A stretch of DNA of 55,436 nucleotides from a virus. Taxonomy: Duplodnaviria > Caudoviricetes. Every line of letters starts with the position of its first letter. Within the stretch, counting starts at the first letter, position 1. The stretch lies in IMG/VR virus record IMGVR_UViG_3300005529_000045, positions 1-55,436 of that record, one strand, 5' to 3'. Positions 54,121-55,436 of this stretch are shown piece by piece. The notes below the pieces were generated by a model. That model was not told the origin of the DNA. It did no database searches and saw only the letters and a program-made list of their open reading frames with translations. The translations under genes were made by a program, and so were the position numbers.

Positions 54121-54131
54121 CGTCTCCCCTC

Positions 54132-54350
54132 ATGGGCTGGGACGATCTTACCGGAGAGGAACGGACCGCCGTGTTGCGGCTCTTGCGCGACGCGATCGAG
54201 AACGATCCTTACCCACTGTCGCCGCGCATCCGGCGCCTGAAGCGCGCCCGGGACAAGCTCGATCCGCCGCCGGCGGAAACTGAGCCGCCGCCGCCCGTCA
54301 CGCGGGGCGAGCCGAGCCTCATCCTGCGCCGCAACCGGCGCCGGCGGTGA
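54132..54350 (+). CDS. Hypothetical protein
   Basis: DLTGEE..A..RLLRDAI.NDPYPLSPR. Confidence 0.6.
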   Translation: MGWDDLTGEERTAVLRLLRDAIENDPYPLSPRIRRLKRARDKLDPPPAETEPPPPVTRGEPSLILRRNRRRR

Positions 54351-54358
54351 CGAGCGAC

Positions 54359-54373
54359 GAACAGGAATAGAAC
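54359..54373. promoter_or_regulatory. Alphaproteobacterial LexA (SOS) box
   Basis: GAAC-AGGAATA-GAAC matches GAAC-N7-GAAC. Confidence 0.55.
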
Positions 54374-54437
54374 ATCAGTGACTGCCTCGTGCCAGGCGAC
54401 CCGCTGTGTTCGCGTTTGATCCCGTGTTTTTCAGGAG

Positions 54438-54467
54438 GGGTTTCGGCACCGCCGGTCGCCGAAACCC
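54438..54467 (-). terminator. Hairpin downstream of the tRNA fragment
   Basis: GGGTTTCGGC...GCCGAAACCC 10-bp stem. Confidence 0.5.
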
Positions 54468-54477
54468 GCAGAAACGA

Positions 54478-54527
54478 TGGTCGGAGTGAGAGGATTTGAA
54501 CCTCCGGCCCCTGCCTCCCGAAAGCAG
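54478..54527 (-). other. attP core: 3' half of tRNA-Pro(CGG)
   Basis: Minus strand CTGCT-TTCGGGA-GGCAG-GGGCC-GGAGG-TTCAAAT-CCTCT-CACTCCG-ACCA, 5 bp after the integrase stop; 5' half absent. Confidence 0.88.
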
Positions 54528-54532
54528 CAAGC

Positions 54533-55436
54533 CTACCCGAATGTACCGTTCGGCGGCAATCGGTTAGCGCCGGGCCGCCGGCGGCCTCGTGCCGGCTGGG
54601 TGACCGGCGGCAGGCCCCAGAATTGACGGATTGCCGCCTCCTGGCCGGCCGGCAGCAGGTGGGCGTAGCGCTCGACGAGGGTGACGCTCGACCAGCCGCC
54701 CTCGACTTTGAGCGCGAGGAGGTCGCGGTGGAGTGCGTAGTGCCAGCTGGCCCAGCTGTGGCGGCAATCGTGCGGCGTCAGCGCGGGGTCGAGGCCGGCG
54801 CGGCGGATGGCGCCGGCCCAGGCGGTGCGGATCTGGCCGCCCTGCTCGCGGCCGCGGTCGGCGTAATCGGCGACCCGCGGGCGGGCGCGCTTCGGGTCTT
54901 TTGGCGCGATCGTGCGCCAGCGGAAGACGCGGCCGGTACGCGCGCCGTCGCGCCCGGCGGGGATCGCCGCGAGCGCCGCGGCGACGGCGGGCGGCAATAG
55001 CGCGACCCGGCGGGCGCCGGTCTTGGTGCGCCAGAAGATGGCCCTCGCGCCGGCGAGGTCGACATCGCGCCATTCCAGTTCGATCGCCTCGGCCATGCGG
55101 GCGCCGGTGCCGAGGAGAAAGACGAGGAGCGGCTGCAGATGCGGCGCCGCGGCGGCGACGAGGCGCGCCGCCTCGGCCGGCAGGAGGTAGCGGGTGCGGC
55201 CGGGCGTCGGCTTGGGGGCCGCGAAGAGCGGCGGGTCGCACCATTTCTGCCGGTGCGCATGCCGCATGACGGCGCGCAAGGGGATGACGATCGATCGCAT
55301 CAGGGTTGCCGGCGACGCGCCCGGGCGCAGCAGCTTTTCCGCCAAGGTGTTGACGGCGCCCTGGTCGATCGCCGACAGCGGCACGTCGCCCAAGATGCGC
55401 AGGATGCGATGCAGGCGGTCCTTGTCGCCCTGGGCG
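54533..55436 (-). CDS. int: Tyrosine integrase, 3' catalytic part
   Basis: TGARMAE (R), RTKTG (K), HDCRH (HxxR), GGW and VERYAH (Y) motifs. Confidence 0.95.
   Translation of the reverse strand, partial: AQGDKDRLHRILRILGDVPLSAIDQGAVNTLAEKLLRPGASPATLMRSIVIPLRAVMRHAHRQKWCDPPLFAAPKPTPGRTRYLLPAEAARLVAAAAPHLQPLLVFLLGTGARMAEAIELEWRDVDLAGARAIFWRTKTGARRVALLPPAVAAALAAIPAGRDGARTGRVFRWRTIAPKDPKRARPRVADYADRGREQGGQIRTAWAGAIRRAGLDPALTPHDCRHSWASWHYALHRDLLALKVEGGWSSVTLVERYAHLLPAGQEAAIRQFWGLPPVTQPARGRRRPGANRLPPNGTFG
55317..55436. repeat. Terminal direct repeat (circular assembly overlap), right copy
   Basis: Identical to 1-120. Confidence 0.95.

Larger units (their letters stand above)
1..55436. mobile_element. 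Temperate siphovirus genome, circular form, alphaproteobacterial host
   Basis: Integrase/attP, cI/cro, terminase, HK97 portal/protease/capsid, tail tube, tape measure, GTA-like tail tip and endolysin in lambdoid order. Confidence 0.95.

Noticed and set aside
54478-54560. Complete tRNA-Pro gene
   Set aside because: The 5' acceptor strand and D-arm are missing; upstream sequence is integrase coding

Overview
This window is an apparently complete, circularly assembled temperate siphovirus genome of about 55.3 kb (positions 1-120 repeat 55317-55436), with a GC-rich alphaproteobacterial host. The tyrosine integrase spans the contig junction and sits beside an attP made of the 3' half of tRNA-Pro(CGG). 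Gene order is: xis, leftward early genes (truncated two-frame C5 methyltransferase, HU), cI/cro switch with visible promoters and operators, rightward early genes (two more methyltransferases, a RelE/XRE TA pair, a probable replication gene with iterons), HNH, terminase, HK97-type head, GTA-like non-contractile tail, lysis genes, and an accessory end. In that accessory end, a 4.58-kb IS1595-family element (25-bp TIRs, 8-bp TSD) carrying a DprA + PRTase defence pair has split a Fic toxin gene. The most unusual signal is in the tail-fibre slot of the late operon: four consecutive genes (37905-43829) and one gene before the tail tube encode phage-structural-looking proteins with Sec-type signal peptides and even numbers of cysteines. 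This suggests virion appendages that are exported and oxidatively folded outside the cytoplasm. All family assignments come from motif recognition by eye; no database searches were run.
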